From Nemertoderma westbladi (Eukaryota; Animalia; Xenacoelomorpha), in assembly GCA_032718475.1 (NCBI GenBank), contig JAUCBJ010001165.1, forward strand, positions 1-64,000: 64,000 nucleotides of DNA. Reading direction: 5' to 3'. Of this stretch, positions 1-12,521 are shown piece after piece; within the stretch, counting starts at the first letter, position 1, and each line of letters starts with the position of its first letter. A model generated the notes under the pieces. It saw only the letters and a list, made by a program, of their open reading frames with translations, did no database searches and was not told the origin of the DNA. The position numbers were made by a program, and so were the translations under genes.

Positions 1-980
1 TTTATGTATTATTATAATTTGTATATTTCTATAGCGCCAAATTTACATGAAAACACCCTGTGGTGCTAAAACTTATTTTCAACTCTTAAGTTTCGATTTA
101 AAAAGTTCAAAGCCGTCCATCTTTTCTTTCCGGTAATTCGTTCCTAAAACTACAATGAGAACATCACAGATTGCAGGGCAGTCACGTATATTTAAATCAA
201 ACCAAACCTAAGCTTTGAAACTATATCAAATTTGAGGGGCGAGTCAAAACTGCGAGCCATCAGCGAAATGTTATAATTATATTATGGCCGTTTTCTAAAA
301 GTCTCTGGGGTCGGGTGTGTGTGTCAGTGTGTGTCGGAAGTCATAATTGTCGAAATCCAGAGATATAACTAGCCATAGTAAATTTATAATTGTTCGCTAA
401 GATATCTTGTAGCTTTTGCTGCACAAAGGCCCCACTACAGTTTAGTGTCATTGTTATTTTCAATTAAGGTAATATATCAATTCAAACTAAACTTCATGCT
501 ACTGTGTAATACTTTTGTTCAATAGACCATGCAGCAGTTGACTGTATTGTTTAATTATAATTCCCACAGCCGGAACCAGTACAGTATTGGGTCTCAGTGG
601 ACTAAATATAAGATATAATACCACAACCGAGTGAATATAATACCCCGACTTCCTGTTACAGTATTCAGCAGACCGAAATAATACTTTAATTACCTTCTAC
701 TTACAGTAATTGTTGTGAAACTACAGTATGCCTACAGTCTACAGTGTTTGGTTGGTTTTGAGTAAAATTTAATCCCCACACAAACCCCAGTCACGAACAA
801 TAATTGCTTACCAGACCATCTACCGTGATCATAGACGTTTTGTGACACTGATGGTGATGGTGGCTGGTTGCGAGAAAAGGGACCTGGGGGTCGATTTTGC
901 GTTTTTAGGCCTATTAGATGCAGAATTTTCTGGGCTTTCCGAATATGGAGCCAGTTTTCGTTAATATCGTTTTTCGTTAA

Positions 981-1394
981 AAAGTTAGGAGTGTTTAAAT
1001 AAAAACAAAAAATTAAAAACGCAGGTCCCTTTTCTCGCAACCAATGTTAATTTTTTGATGTGGTCCCTTTCTCTGGTCCATCTCAGGTATTTTTCGTGCT
1101 AAAATTTTCAAATGTTTTTATAATTCACTAAAATTAATTTTTTTGCGCTATATAGCGGTTTTTTTGTACACTGATCACAAATATTGAAAGTTAGGAGTGT
1201 TTAAATAAAAACAAAAAATTAAAAACGCAGGTCCCTTTTCTCGCAACCAATGTTAATTTTTTGATGTGGTCCCTTTCTCTGGTCCATCTCAGGTATTTTT
1301 CGTGCTAAAATTTTCAAATGTTTTTATAATTCACTAAAATTAATTTTTTTGCGCTATATAGCGGTTTTTTTGGACACTGATCACAAATATTGAA
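981..1394. repeat. 206-bp internal sub-repeat with variable copy number (2 copies here, 1 in unit 2, 4 in unit 3 at 6391-7216)
   Basis: AAAGTTAGGAGTGTTTAAATAAAAAC starts at 981 and 1187, at 3745, and at 6391, 6597, 6803 and 7009. Confidence 0.92.
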
Positions 1395-2249
1395 CTCAAA
1401 TACAACATTCTAGAAAATTGTTGGTAATTTTGAATGTGCCCTCTGGGTCACGAAAAAAAATCGTAGTGTAAATATGATAATGAAAAATCACCACAAAATT
1501 AAATTTGTTTTATAACCATATGGTTTTTTTGGAATGCTGAACACGAATAAAACATTTTTTTTTATATGTGTCAATGTGCGGCACGAAAAATACATGTACC
1601 GGTTGCAAAAGTTTGATAACCAAAAATCATTACCAAATCAACCTGATTTTTAGACATTATGGATTTTCTGGGACGCTGATCACGAATATGACACTCAAAA
1701 ATATCGTTTTATCCAACCAAATTCGCTTTTTGCAATTTGAAATGTTTGCTACTTGTAATTTTCGTCCCACCAGACAAGCACCAAAATTTACAGTTGCGTC
1801 ACCACGAATGATTTGTAATGTGTTGTATCGTGATCAACTACCTTGAAAACCAGTATAGCAACAGAATTACAAAACCAAAGGCAAAATTTAATAGTTTATA
1901 TGTTTGTGCTACTTGTAATTTTCGTTCTGGGGCACTAGAATGGCACTAAAATTGGGTTTGCATTACCAAAAATATTTATAACTAGTTTCATCGTAATCAG
2001 AGACCTCGAAAACACCTGTTACAGTATTCAGCAGACCGAAATAATACTTTAATTACCTTCTACTTACAGTAATTGTTGTGAAACTACAGTATGTCTACAG
2101 TCTACAGTGTTTGGTTGGTTTTGAGTAAAATTTAATCCCCACACAAACCCCAGTCACGAACAATAATTGCTTACCAGACTATCTACTTAGTATATTAGTA
2201 TATTTAGTAATTAGTATATTTGATAAAAAAATGTCAAATATTGAAATAT

Positions 2250-2695
2250 AATTAAGAAACATCTCCATTAATCACAAAATAGTGTTTAAATAGAACCGTC
2301 ACCGAATATTCTAAAAACGCGAAAATCGGAGTGGAGAGGAAGCGAGCAGAGTGGAGTAGGGGGGGCGGGCCGTACCTGAAATCGCGAAGGGCCTGAGCGC
2401 GTGGGCGCGAGGATTGATTCAAGGTAAGAACCCGGGCCTTAAATGTGCAGGAAATTACCACGAACAATACCTTGGGTACTAGTGAACGGAAAGTGAAGTA
2501 CTGGCGCAGCGGTAAGTCTCGTTTGCCTGACGTGAAATTCGGGCTCGGTTCAACCGTCTTCTTAAATCTTCAGCTCAGCAGCTCTCTTCATTTTTTTTGT
2601 ATTTGCAAAGACGGCAATGACGTCCAGGTGGGATCGAACTGGTGACCACCGCGGTTGGAAGTCTGACACTTGGTGGTGACACTGACAGTTGGTAG
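2250..2695 (-). mobile_element. Possible tRNA-derived SINE (second copy at ~4896-5341)
   Basis: The minus strand at ~2695-2618 reads ...GACTTCCAACCGCGGTGGTCACCAGTTCGATCCCACCTGG. This has a B-box-like GTTCGATCC and a CTTCCAA anticodon-loop-like heptamer, followed by a GC-richer body. No intact cloverleaf. Confidence 0.4.
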
Positions 2696-4569
2696 TTTAT
2701 ATTAAACATGAACCATCACGGCTACAATGATTAACTATACACTCTACAGTAACTATGTAATAATTTTATGTATTATTATAATTTGTATATTTCTATAGCG
2801 CCAAATTTACATGAAAACACCCTGTGGTGCTAAAACTTATTTTCAACTCTTAAGTTTCGATTTAAAAAGTTCAAAGCCGTCCATCTTTTCTTTCCGGTAA
2901 TTCGTTCCTAAAACTACAATGAGAACATCACAGATTGCAGGGCAGTCACGTATATTTAAATCAAACCAAACCTAAGCTTTGAAACTATATCAAATTTGAG
3001 GGGCGAGTCAAAACTGCGAGCCATCAGCGAAATGTTATAATTATATTATGGCCGTTTTCTAAAAGTCTCTGGGGTCGGGTGTGTGTGTCAGTGTGTGTCG
3101 GAAGTCATAATTGTCGAAATCCAGAGATATAACTAGCCATAGTAAATTTATAATTGTTCGCTAAGATATCTTGTAGCTTTTGCTGCACAAAGGCCCCACT
3201 ACAGTTTAGTGTCATTGTTATTTTCAATTAAGGTAATATATCAATTCAAACTAAACTTCATGCTACTGTGTAATACTTTTGTTCAATAGACCATGCAGCA
3301 GTTGACTGTATTGTTTAATTATAATTCCCACAGCCGGAACCAGTACAGTATTGGGTCTCAGTGGACTAAATATAAGATATAATACCACAACCGAGTGAAT
3401 ATAATACCCCGACTTCCTGTTACAGTATTCAGCAGACCGAAATAATACTTTAATTACCTTCTACTTACAGTAATTGTTGTGAAACTACAGTATGCCTACA
3501 GTCTACAGTGTTTGGTTGGTTTTGAGTAAAATTTAATCCCCACACAAACCCCAGTCACGAACAATAATTGCTTACCAGACCATCTACCGTGATCATAGAC
3601 GTTTTGTGACACTGATGGTGATGGTGGCTGGTTGCGAGAAAAGGGACCTGGGGGTCGATTTTGCGTTTTTAGGCCTATTAGATGCAGAATTTTCTGGGCT
3701 TTCCGAATATGGAGCCAGTTTTCGTTAATATCGTTTTTCGTTAAAAAGTTAGGAGTGTTTAAATAAAAACAAAAAATTAAAAACGCAGGTCCCTTTTCTC
3801 GCAACCAATGTTAATTTTTTGATGTGGTCCCTTTCTCTGGTCCATCTCAGGTATTTTTCGTGCTAAAATTTTCAAATGTTTTTATAATTCACTAAAATTA
3901 ATTTTTTTGCGCTATATAGCGGTTTTTTTGTACACTGATCACAAATATTGAACTCAAATACAACATTCTAGAAAATTGTTGGTAATTTTGAATGTGCCCT
4001 CTGGGTCACGAAAATAATCGTAGTGCAAATATGATAATGAAAAATCACCACAAAATTAAATTTGTTTTATAACCATATGGTTTTTTTGGAATGCTGAACA
4101 CAAATAAAACATTTTTTTTGATATGTGTCAATGTGCGGCACGAAAAATACATGTACCGGTAGCAAAAGTTTGATAACCAAAAATAATTACCAAATCAACC
4201 TAATTTTTAGACATTATAGATTTTCTGGGACGCTGATCACGAATATGACACTCAAATATCGTATTATCCAACCAAATTCGCTTTTTCCAATATGAAATGT
4301 TTGCTACTTGTAATTTTCGTCCCACCAGAGAAGCACCAAAATTTACAGTTGCGTTACCACGAATGATTTGTAATGGGTTGTATCGTGATCAACTACATTA
4401 AAAAATTAAATTATTAGACTATTAAATTATTAATACAATTATTAATTATTATCAATCATTAATATTAAAATAACAACTTACTGCAGGCAAGTTATGCCTA
4501 CAGTATCCGATAAAAATATGCAACAACTACTGTAACAATAGCCTGTGATGTACAGTACACCTTAGTGGG

Positions 4570-4615
4570 TGTAAAAGCTTTTGTGGGATAACTGATTCAT
4601 TTTGCCTTGCTAACA
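4570..4615 (+). mobile_element. Short fragment of the same BEL/Pao family LTR 5' terminus
   Basis: TGTAAAAGCTTTTGTGGGATAACTGATTC matches the start of the copy C LTR (reverse complement ending at 57732). The following TTTGCCTTGCTAA matches the copy B LTR near 29407. Confidence 0.7.
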
Positions 4616-7600
4616 AATAATTCCTTGTCAAAAGCCGTCAAATTCTGTGCAAGTATGAATAACTCGTAATTTGAATACCAAGTATGAATACCTACAACCA
4701 ATGCACTTTAACGAATTTACAACAATATTTCCGTTATTAACAATTAACAATATTAACTATTAATAATACCGATAACTTCATAAGCAAACCAATCTTAATT
4801 TCATTTTAATTAACATTAACAATTAACAATATTAACTATTAATAATACCGATAACTTCATAAGCAAACCAATCTTAATTTCATTTTAATTCACATAATTA
4901 AGAAACATCTCCATTAATCACAAAATAGTGTTTAAATAGAACCGTCACCGAATATTCTAAAAACGCGAAAATCGGAGTGGAGAGGAAGCGAGCAGAGTGG
5001 AGTAGGGGGGGCGGGCCGTACCTGAAATCGCGAAGGGCCTGAGCGCGTGGGCGCGAGGATTGATTCAAGGTAAGAACCCGGGCCTTAAATGTGCAGGAAA
5101 TTACCACGAACAATACCTTGGGTACTAGTGAACGGAAAGTGAAGTACCGGCGCAGCGGTAAGTCTCGTTTGCCTGACGTGAAATTCGGGCTCGGTTCAAC
5201 CGTCTTCTTAAATCTTCAGCTCAGCAGCTCTCTTCATTTTTTTTGTATTTGCAAAGACGGCAATGACGTCCAGGTGGGATCGAACTGGTGACCACCGCGG
5301 TTGGAAGTCTGACACTTGGTGGTGACACTGACAGTTGGTAGTTTATATTAAACATGAACCATCACGGCTACAATGATTAACTATACACTCTACAGTAACT
5401 ATGTAATAATTTTATGTATTATTATAATTTGTATATTTCTATAGCGCCAAATTTACATGAAAACACCCTGTGGTGCTAAAACTTATTTTCAACTCTTAAG
5501 TTTCGATTTAAAAAGTTCAAAGCCGTCCATCTTTTCTTTCCGGTAATTCGTTCCTAAAACTACAATGAGAACATCACAGATTGCAGGGCAGTCACGTATA
5601 TTTAAATCAAACCAAACCTAAGCTTTGAAACTATATCAAATTTGAGGGGCGAGTCAAAACTGCGAGCCATCAGCGAAATGTTATAATTATATTATGGCCG
5701 TTTTCTAAAAGTCTCTGGGGTCGGGTGTGTGTGTCAGTGTGTGTCGGAAGTCATAATTGTCGAAATCCAGAGATATAACTAGCCATAGTAAATTTATAAT
5801 TGTTCGCTAAGATATCTTGTAGCTTTTGCTGCACAAAGGCCCCACTACAGTTTAGTGTCATTGTTATTTTCAATTAAGGTAATATATCAATTCAAACTAA
5901 ACTTCATGCTACTGTGTAATACTTTTGTTCAATAGACCATGCAGCAGTTGACTGTATTGTTTAATTATAATTCCCACAGCCGGAACCAGTACAGTATTGG
6001 GTCTCAGTGGACTAAATATAAGATATAATACCACAACCGAGTGAATATAATACCCCGACTTCCTGTTACAGTATTCAGCAGACCGAAATAATACTTTAAT
6101 TACCTTCTACTTACAGTAATTGTTGTGAAACTACAGTATGCCTACAGTCTACAGTGTTTGGTTGGTTTTGAGTAAAATTTAATCCCCACACAAACCCCAG
6201 TCACGAACAATAATTGCTTACCAGACCATCTACCGTGATCATAGACGTTTTGTGACACTGATGGTGATGGTGGCTGGTTGCGAGAAAAGGGACCTGGGGG
6301 TCGATTTTGCGTTTTTAGGCCTATTAGATGCAGAATTTTCTGGGCTTTCCGAATATGGAGCCAGTTTTCGTTAATATCGTTTTTAGTTAAAAAGTTAGGA
6401 GTGTTTAAATAAAAACAAAAAATTAAAAACGCAGGTCCCTTTTCTCGCAACCAATGTTAATTTTTTGATGTGGTCCCTTTCTCTGGTCCATCTCAGGTAT
6501 TTTTCGTGCTAAAATTTTCAAATGTTTTTATAATTCACTAAAATTAATTTTTTTGCGCTATATAGCGGTTTTTTTGTACACTGATCACAAATATTGAAAG
6601 TTAGGAGTGTTTAAATAAAAACAAAAAATTAAAAACGCAGGTCCCTTTTCTCGCAACCAATGTTAATTTTTTGATGTGGTCCCTTTCTCTGGTCCATCTC
6701 AGGTATTTTTCGTGCTAAAATTTTCAAATGTTTTTATAATTCACTAAAATTAATTTTTTTGCGCTATATAGCGGTTTTTTTGTACACTGATCACAAATAT
6801 TGAAAGTTAGGAGTGTTTAAATAAAAACAAAAAATTAAAAACGCAGGTCCCTTTTCTCGCAACCAATGTTAATTTTTTGATGTGGTCCCTTTCTCTGGTC
6901 CATCTCAGGTATTTTTCGTGCTAAAATTTTCAAATGTTTTTATAATTCACTAAAATTAATTTTTTTGCGCTATATAGCGGTTTTTTTGTACACTGATCAC
7001 AAATATTGAAAGTTAGGAGTGTTTAAATAAAAACAAAAAATTAAAAACGCAGGTCCCTTTTCTCGCAACCAATGTTAATTTTTTGATGTGGTCCCTTTCT
7101 CTGGTCCATCTCAGGTATTTTTCGTGCTAAAATTTTCAAATGTTTTTATAATTCACTAAAATTATTTTTTTTGCGCTATATAGCGGTTTTTTTGTACACT
7201 GATCACAAATATTGAACTCAAATACAACATTCTAGAAAATTGTTGGTAATTTTGAATGTGCCCTCTGGGTCACGAAAAAAAATCGTAGTGTAAATATGAT
7301 AATGAAAAATCACCACAAAATTAAATTTGTTTTATAACCATATGGTTTTTTTGGAATGCTGAACACGAATAAAACATTTTTTTTGATATGTGTCAATGTG
7401 CGGCACGAAAAATACATGTACCGGTTGCAAAAGTTTGATAACCAAAAATCATTACCAAATCAACCTGATTTTTAGACATTATGGATTTTCTGGGACGCTG
7501 ATCACGAATATGACACTCAAAAATATCGTTTTATCCAACCAAATTCGCTTTTTGCAATTTGAAATGTTTGCTACTTGTAATTTTCGTCCCACCAGACAAG

Positions 7601-7916
7601 CACCAAAATTTACAGTTGCGTCACCACGAATGATTTGTAATGTGTTGTATCGTGATCAACTACCTTGAAAACCAGTATAGCAACAGAATTACAAAACCAA
7701 AGGCAAAATTTAATAGTTTATATGTTTGTGCTACTTGTAATTTTCGTTCTGGGGCACTAGAATGGCACTAAAATTTGGTTTGCATTACCAAAAATATTTA
7801 TAACTAGTTTCATCGTAATCAGAGACCTCGAAAACACCTGTTACAGTATTCAGCAGACCGAAATAATACTTTAATTACCTTCTACTTACAGTAATTGTTG
7901 TGAAACTACAATATGC

Positions 7917-10046
7917 CTACAGTCTGTAGTGAATGGATAGCTTATTATCAACCAACCACTCATTACAGGATTCTAGAACTGCACTTAACTTTTGGGAAAT
8001 ATGGATAGGATCTTTATGAGAGAAAATAAGAGCACTGTTTTCGGCATATAAAATGAGTTTAAAATCGGGATCTATACTACTTATCATATCATTTACATAG
8101 CATACAAAAAGCAGAGGACCTAATATACTACCTTGCGGTACACCACAGGTAATCTCTTGTACAGTAGACAGCGATTTGCTAATGACTACAGTTTGACCTC
8201 TGTCTGACAGGTAGGACTTGAACCAGTCTATAGAACCTACACCTATCAGGCCTAACTTACCAAGCAGAATTTCGTGATCTACAGTATCGAAAGCCTTTTG
8301 TAGGTCCAACATTACCATACCAGTATATAAACCCTTTGCGTTATTACATCTAATTGTATCAGTTAAGTTAATAAGGCAGGTGTCTGTAGAATATGATTTA
8401 CGAAAACCGGACTGAAGTTCATAGATCAGATTTAGCCTACTAAGATGTGCTTCCAGCTGTAGAAAAACAGAACGTTCTAGAATTTTAGATACAATACTTA
8501 AGATACTAACAGGTCTGTAATTACAGGGTTCTACTTTACTATTCTTTTTATACAGAGGAACAACCTTAGCTAATTTCAGTTCGTCTGGTACTACATTATC
8601 TACGATAGAGTAATTAATAATAAAAGTAATAGGCACTTTAAGTACTTCAGCACCATCCTTAAGAAAACGGGCAGGTATTAGGTCTAGACCGGTACTTTTT
8701 GAGGCTGATAGGCTAAGTAGATTTTTAAAAACGAAATCCTCAGAAACGGGTTTTAAAAATAACTTTTCTGAATTTTGTAACTTTTCTAAATAAAAATTAT
8801 TTAGAGTTTCGGACCCTATACTATATTTATTACTTGATAACGGTAATTTCTTAACTAAATTAGAGGCAACATTAGTAAAATAATCATTAAATAAATTACT
8901 AACTAGAGTATGATCATGAATCAGCTCACCGTTATCTTGCAGAACAATATTCGATTTAGATTTAAGGTTTTTATAACCTAAAGATTTTAGGGTAGACCAT
9001 AGACTTTTAGGATTATCTTTATTCTCACTTATTTTGTTGTACAAATATTCAGATTTAGCTTTTTTTATTTCCCGTTGGACAAGGTTTCTATATTTGCAGT
9101 AATTATTATAATCAGCTAAAACACGGTATTTCCTAAATTTATACAAATAGTTATCTCTTTCTCTGATATTACTAAGAATACCCGAGGTCATCCAGGGCTC
9201 AGTGCGTTGTTTAAGACTAATTTCTTTAATTGGTGCTACAGTATTAAGTGCCTTTAAAAAGATATCTTTAAAAACAGTGTACGCAAGGTTAATGTCAGCG
9301 GCCTTAAAACAGGGTTCCCAGTCAGAATTAACTAACAAACTTAAAAAGCGTTCCTTGCTGTAATTTTTCATAGACCTAACTGTTACTGTTTTATGATCCC
9401 CGAAAAAAGATTTTTGTGTCTTTCTTGTGCAAAAAACTATAAAATGATCGCTTAGACCTATAGGTAAAACCCCAGATTGAGAAATAATATCAGTATTATT
9501 ACAAAGGATGTGATCTAGTAAAGTAGAAGTTTTACTGGTAATTCTGGTAGAATCTCGAATAATTTGTTTTAAACCAAACAAATTTAAAATACTTTGGTAC
9601 TGTTTACAGATGGGGGATGCTTTGTGATGGTAACAGATATTAAAATCACCTAAGAAATATATTTCACAGTCTGACCTAAGATTACATAAAATTGTATTTT
9701 CAAAATTTTGCAAAAAATCTGATTGTTTAGGGGGCCGATATAAAGTACCGATTAAAATAGGTTTAGTTTTAGGAAGTAAAAGTTCCACCAGTAAAACTTC
9801 GTCACAAGTCTCTAAATCTTCCCTACGATTAAAAGCTAAATCACATCGAATGTAAGTACAGACACCACCACCGTGTCTGTCCCTATCCTTACGTAAAACT
9901 ACGTAATTATCAATATAAATTTCTCCATCAGAAACACTATCATCGAGCCAAGTTTCAGAGATTGTTAAAACTGCTGGGTTGGATTTATTGATTAAAATAC
10001 GAATTTCGGAAAGTTTTGGAAGCAGAGATCGTGCGTTTAAATGCAA
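7917..10046 (-). pseudogene. LINE AP endonuclease + reverse transcriptase (catalytic YADD changed to YAEN; C-terminally truncated)
   Basis: APE motifs: HLNARSL, ISETWL, GGGV, LYRPP, GDFN, LLDH, SDH. RT motifs: [44 protein letters not shown]. Confidence 0.92.
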
Positions 10047-10147
10047 AAAATGCAGACCTTTTTTCTTAAAAAAATTAAAAGTTTCACTCTCAGCATCACT
10101 TGGAGTTTGCAGAGACGATGTGAGAAATGAATCGTCGGTTTCTGATT

Positions 10148-10684
10148 CTAAAATTGTATCATGAAAGGGAAGTTCGGTAAAAATACAGCTATTGCAGAGA
10201 AAACTTGGTTCAAGATTGTTTCTGGCTGTCTGGTGGAGAATAAATTACTGCGTTTCCTACGGTAACATTTTAAATGTACAAATGTGTCACAACTCTCGCA
10301 TTGGACGATCTTACTCCGAGAGTTTGTTCCTCGTTGACAGACGGGACAGTTGATCTTCGGGGCCCGCGTCCTGCTGGGTCCTGGGTTGGTCTCAATATCC
10401 CCAGCCAGAGACAGAAGACAGAGTTTAGCGATTAGGCCTCTAGATCGTGGAGAGGAGACCCAAGATCTTCTTCCCCGACGAGAGCAGTAGAGGCTAAATC
10501 CACTCGTCGACCACATCTCCGTCGATTCGGCGCGGCAGTTCGAAACGGTAGCGACAGGGTGTTCCGCAAACCAGTCCAATACGGGTATTGGGTGGGTTGC
10601 AGGGTTACCCCGCGAATCGGATGGTTCTGCCACAACAAAACGACCCAGAACGATGAAAACTGTGGAGATTAAGAGCGGGGACAT
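10148..10684 (-). pseudogene. N-terminal part of the same LINE ORF: hydrophobic N-terminus, 2A-like motif, PHD finger; frameshifted from the APE-RT frame
   Basis: LSLAGDIETNPGP (DIETNPGP at 10376-10399) is followed by CPVC...CESC....H..C. The closing CNSC and ELPF lie in the APE-RT frame near 10160-10200, implying a frameshift at ~10200-10260. Confidence 0.8.
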
Positions 10685-10808
10685 TGTGCTGTCTGGCTGT
10701 AGTCTGACTCAGGGATAAAAACTGTATAGGCCTAGTACCGGTATCTTTCTTGGTCTTATTGTCGGCAGGCCTACAGTCTATCTCAGTCTAACTGTACTGT
10801 GTCTCAGT

Positions 10809-11729
10809 GCTGTACTGGTTGGATGTAACCCATGGGTTACCCGTTGGGTCTACGAGTTGGATGTAACCCATGGGTTACCCGTTGGGTCTACTGGTTGGAT
10901 GTAACCCATGGGTTACCCGTTGGGTCTACTGGTTGGATGTAACCCATGGGTTACCCGTTGGGTCTACGGGTTGGATGTAACCCACGGGTTACCCGTTGGG
11001 TCTACGGGTTGGATGTAACCCATGGGTTACCCGTTGGGTCTACTGCTGTACTGGTTGGATGTAACCCATGGGTTACCCGTCGGGTCTACTGCTGTACTGG
11101 TTGGATGTAACCCATGGGTTACCCGTTGGGTCTACTGCTGTACTGGTTGGATGTAACCCATGGGTTACCCGTTGGGTCTACGGGTTGGATGTAACCCATG
11201 GGTTACCCGTTGGGTCTACGGGTTGGATGTAACCCATGGGTTACCCGTTGGGTCTACTAGTTGGATGTAACCCATGGGTTACCCGTTGGGTCTACTAGTT
11301 GGATGTAACCCATGGGTTACCCGTTGGGTCTATGGGTTGGATGTAACCCACGGGTTACCCGTTGGGTCTACGGGTTGGATGTAACCCATGGGTTACCCGT
11401 TGGGTCTACTAGTTGGATGTAACCCATGGGTTACCCGTTGGGTCTACTAGTTGGATGTAACCCATGGGTTACCCGTTGGGTCTATGGGTTGGATGTAACC
11501 CATGGGGTACCCGTTGGGTCTACTGGTTGGATGTAACCCATGGGTTACCCTTTGGGTCTACTGCTGTACTGGTTGGATGTTACCCATGGGTTACCCGTTG
11601 GGTCTACTAGTTGGATGTAACCCATGGGTTACCCGTTGGGTCTACGGGTTGGATGAAGCCCTCGGGTTACCCGTTGAGTCTACGGGTTCCATCTATCCTT
11701 TATGGGATTCCTACTGCGGTTCCTGGAAC
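10809..11729 (+). repeat. 38-bp palindromic minisatellite (GGTTGGATGTAACCCATGGGTTACCCGTTGGGTCTACT) plus unique tail; left arm of a long inverted repeat
   Basis: About 22 units, some 46 bp with an extra GCTGTACT. Each carries the 16-bp palindrome GTAACCCATGGGTTAC or a 1-base variant. The array and its tail are mirrored at 52727-53355. Confidence 0.95.
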
Positions 11730-12301
11730 GGTTTCATAGGCAGCTTTAAAATTCACTGCGTGCTAAATGTAATTCTACACATTGGTATCATGAATTACCC
11801 ATGGTGTTATTGGGATTAAGGTCTGTAATTGGTTTACACGAATATTCTCCGTCACAAATGGTATATGGATCTGAACTTTGTTTACCCGGGCAGTGTTTTG
11901 AATCAACATTACAGGAGACAATGAGTGTACCGACGTACATTTCTAAACTATTCACGAAAATTGATAGTTTGGTTCCACCAGTCCGTAATTATTCATGTAA
12001 ATCGTCAGTTCCATCTCAATTATCGAATGCAACAAATGTATGGATAAAAGATCCTATTAAAAGATCCTCACTGGCACCCTTATATACAGGACCGTTTCGT
12101 ATAGTTTCATTAACAAATAAAACTGTAACAATTGTGCACAAGAACGAGCAACACGTTGTATCGCTGGATAGGGTAAAACCAGCTGTATTATCTAACTTGG
12201 AAAATAATGAAATCGGAGACAAACCACAAGTCTTATTAACGAATAAAATAAAACAAACAAAAAGTGTACGGTTTAATTTAATCTGTGATCTATATGATTA
12301 A
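11727..12301 (+). pseudogene. Ty3/Gypsy-type integrase C-terminal remnant (GPY/F domain)
   Basis: In frame: ERFHRQL*NSLRA...W...LPMVLLGLR...SPSQMVYG..L.LPG...LAPLYTGPFRIV...VSLDRVKP. It has one in-frame stop and no N-terminal part. Confidence 0.85.
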
Positions 12302-12521
12302 CGTAATAATAAAGGACTGCAATATTATTTTCTTAGTGTCTTAATTTTAAGTCAGAGATATTTTTGGAACGTGTACCAATTATACTACGTAACCTATTTA
12401 GTTACAATATATTAATTATTATAATAGTTATCCTACCCATAGAAATAAAATATAATTTTATAAAATTTTTATAAAATTTAAATATTTATAATTTTATAAA
12501 TAAAATAAAATTAATTAATTA

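Larger units (their letters stand above)
1..7926. repeat. Tandem segmental repeat of ~2.7-kb composite units (starts at 1, 2765, 5411; third unit cut by the LINE)
   Basis: TTTATGTATTATTATAATTTG recurs at 1, 2765 and 5411. The same spurious 102-aa ORF recurs at offsets +2764 and +5410. Shared parts are near-identical. Unit 2 has a different segment at ~4400-4895. Confidence 0.95.
7917..10808 (-). mobile_element. APE-type non-LTR retrotransposon (CR1/L2-group-like LINE), 3'-truncated and inactive
   Basis: Domain order is 2A-like peptide, PHD finger, AP endonuclease, RT. The RT stops at NKLSIH and runs into the tandem-repeat sequence. Confidence 0.9.

Noticed and set aside
2618-2695. Functional tRNA-Gly gene
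   Set aside because: The anticodon and acceptor stems do not pair; at most a SINE head.
732-7668. Short repeated ORFs of 66-102 aa in the tandem units
   Set aside because: They recur only because the DNA is duplicated; they have no motifs and mostly non-ATG starts.
11502-11819. 105-aa ORF with repeated MGYPLGLLVGCNPW
   Set aside because: It is a translation of the minisatellite.
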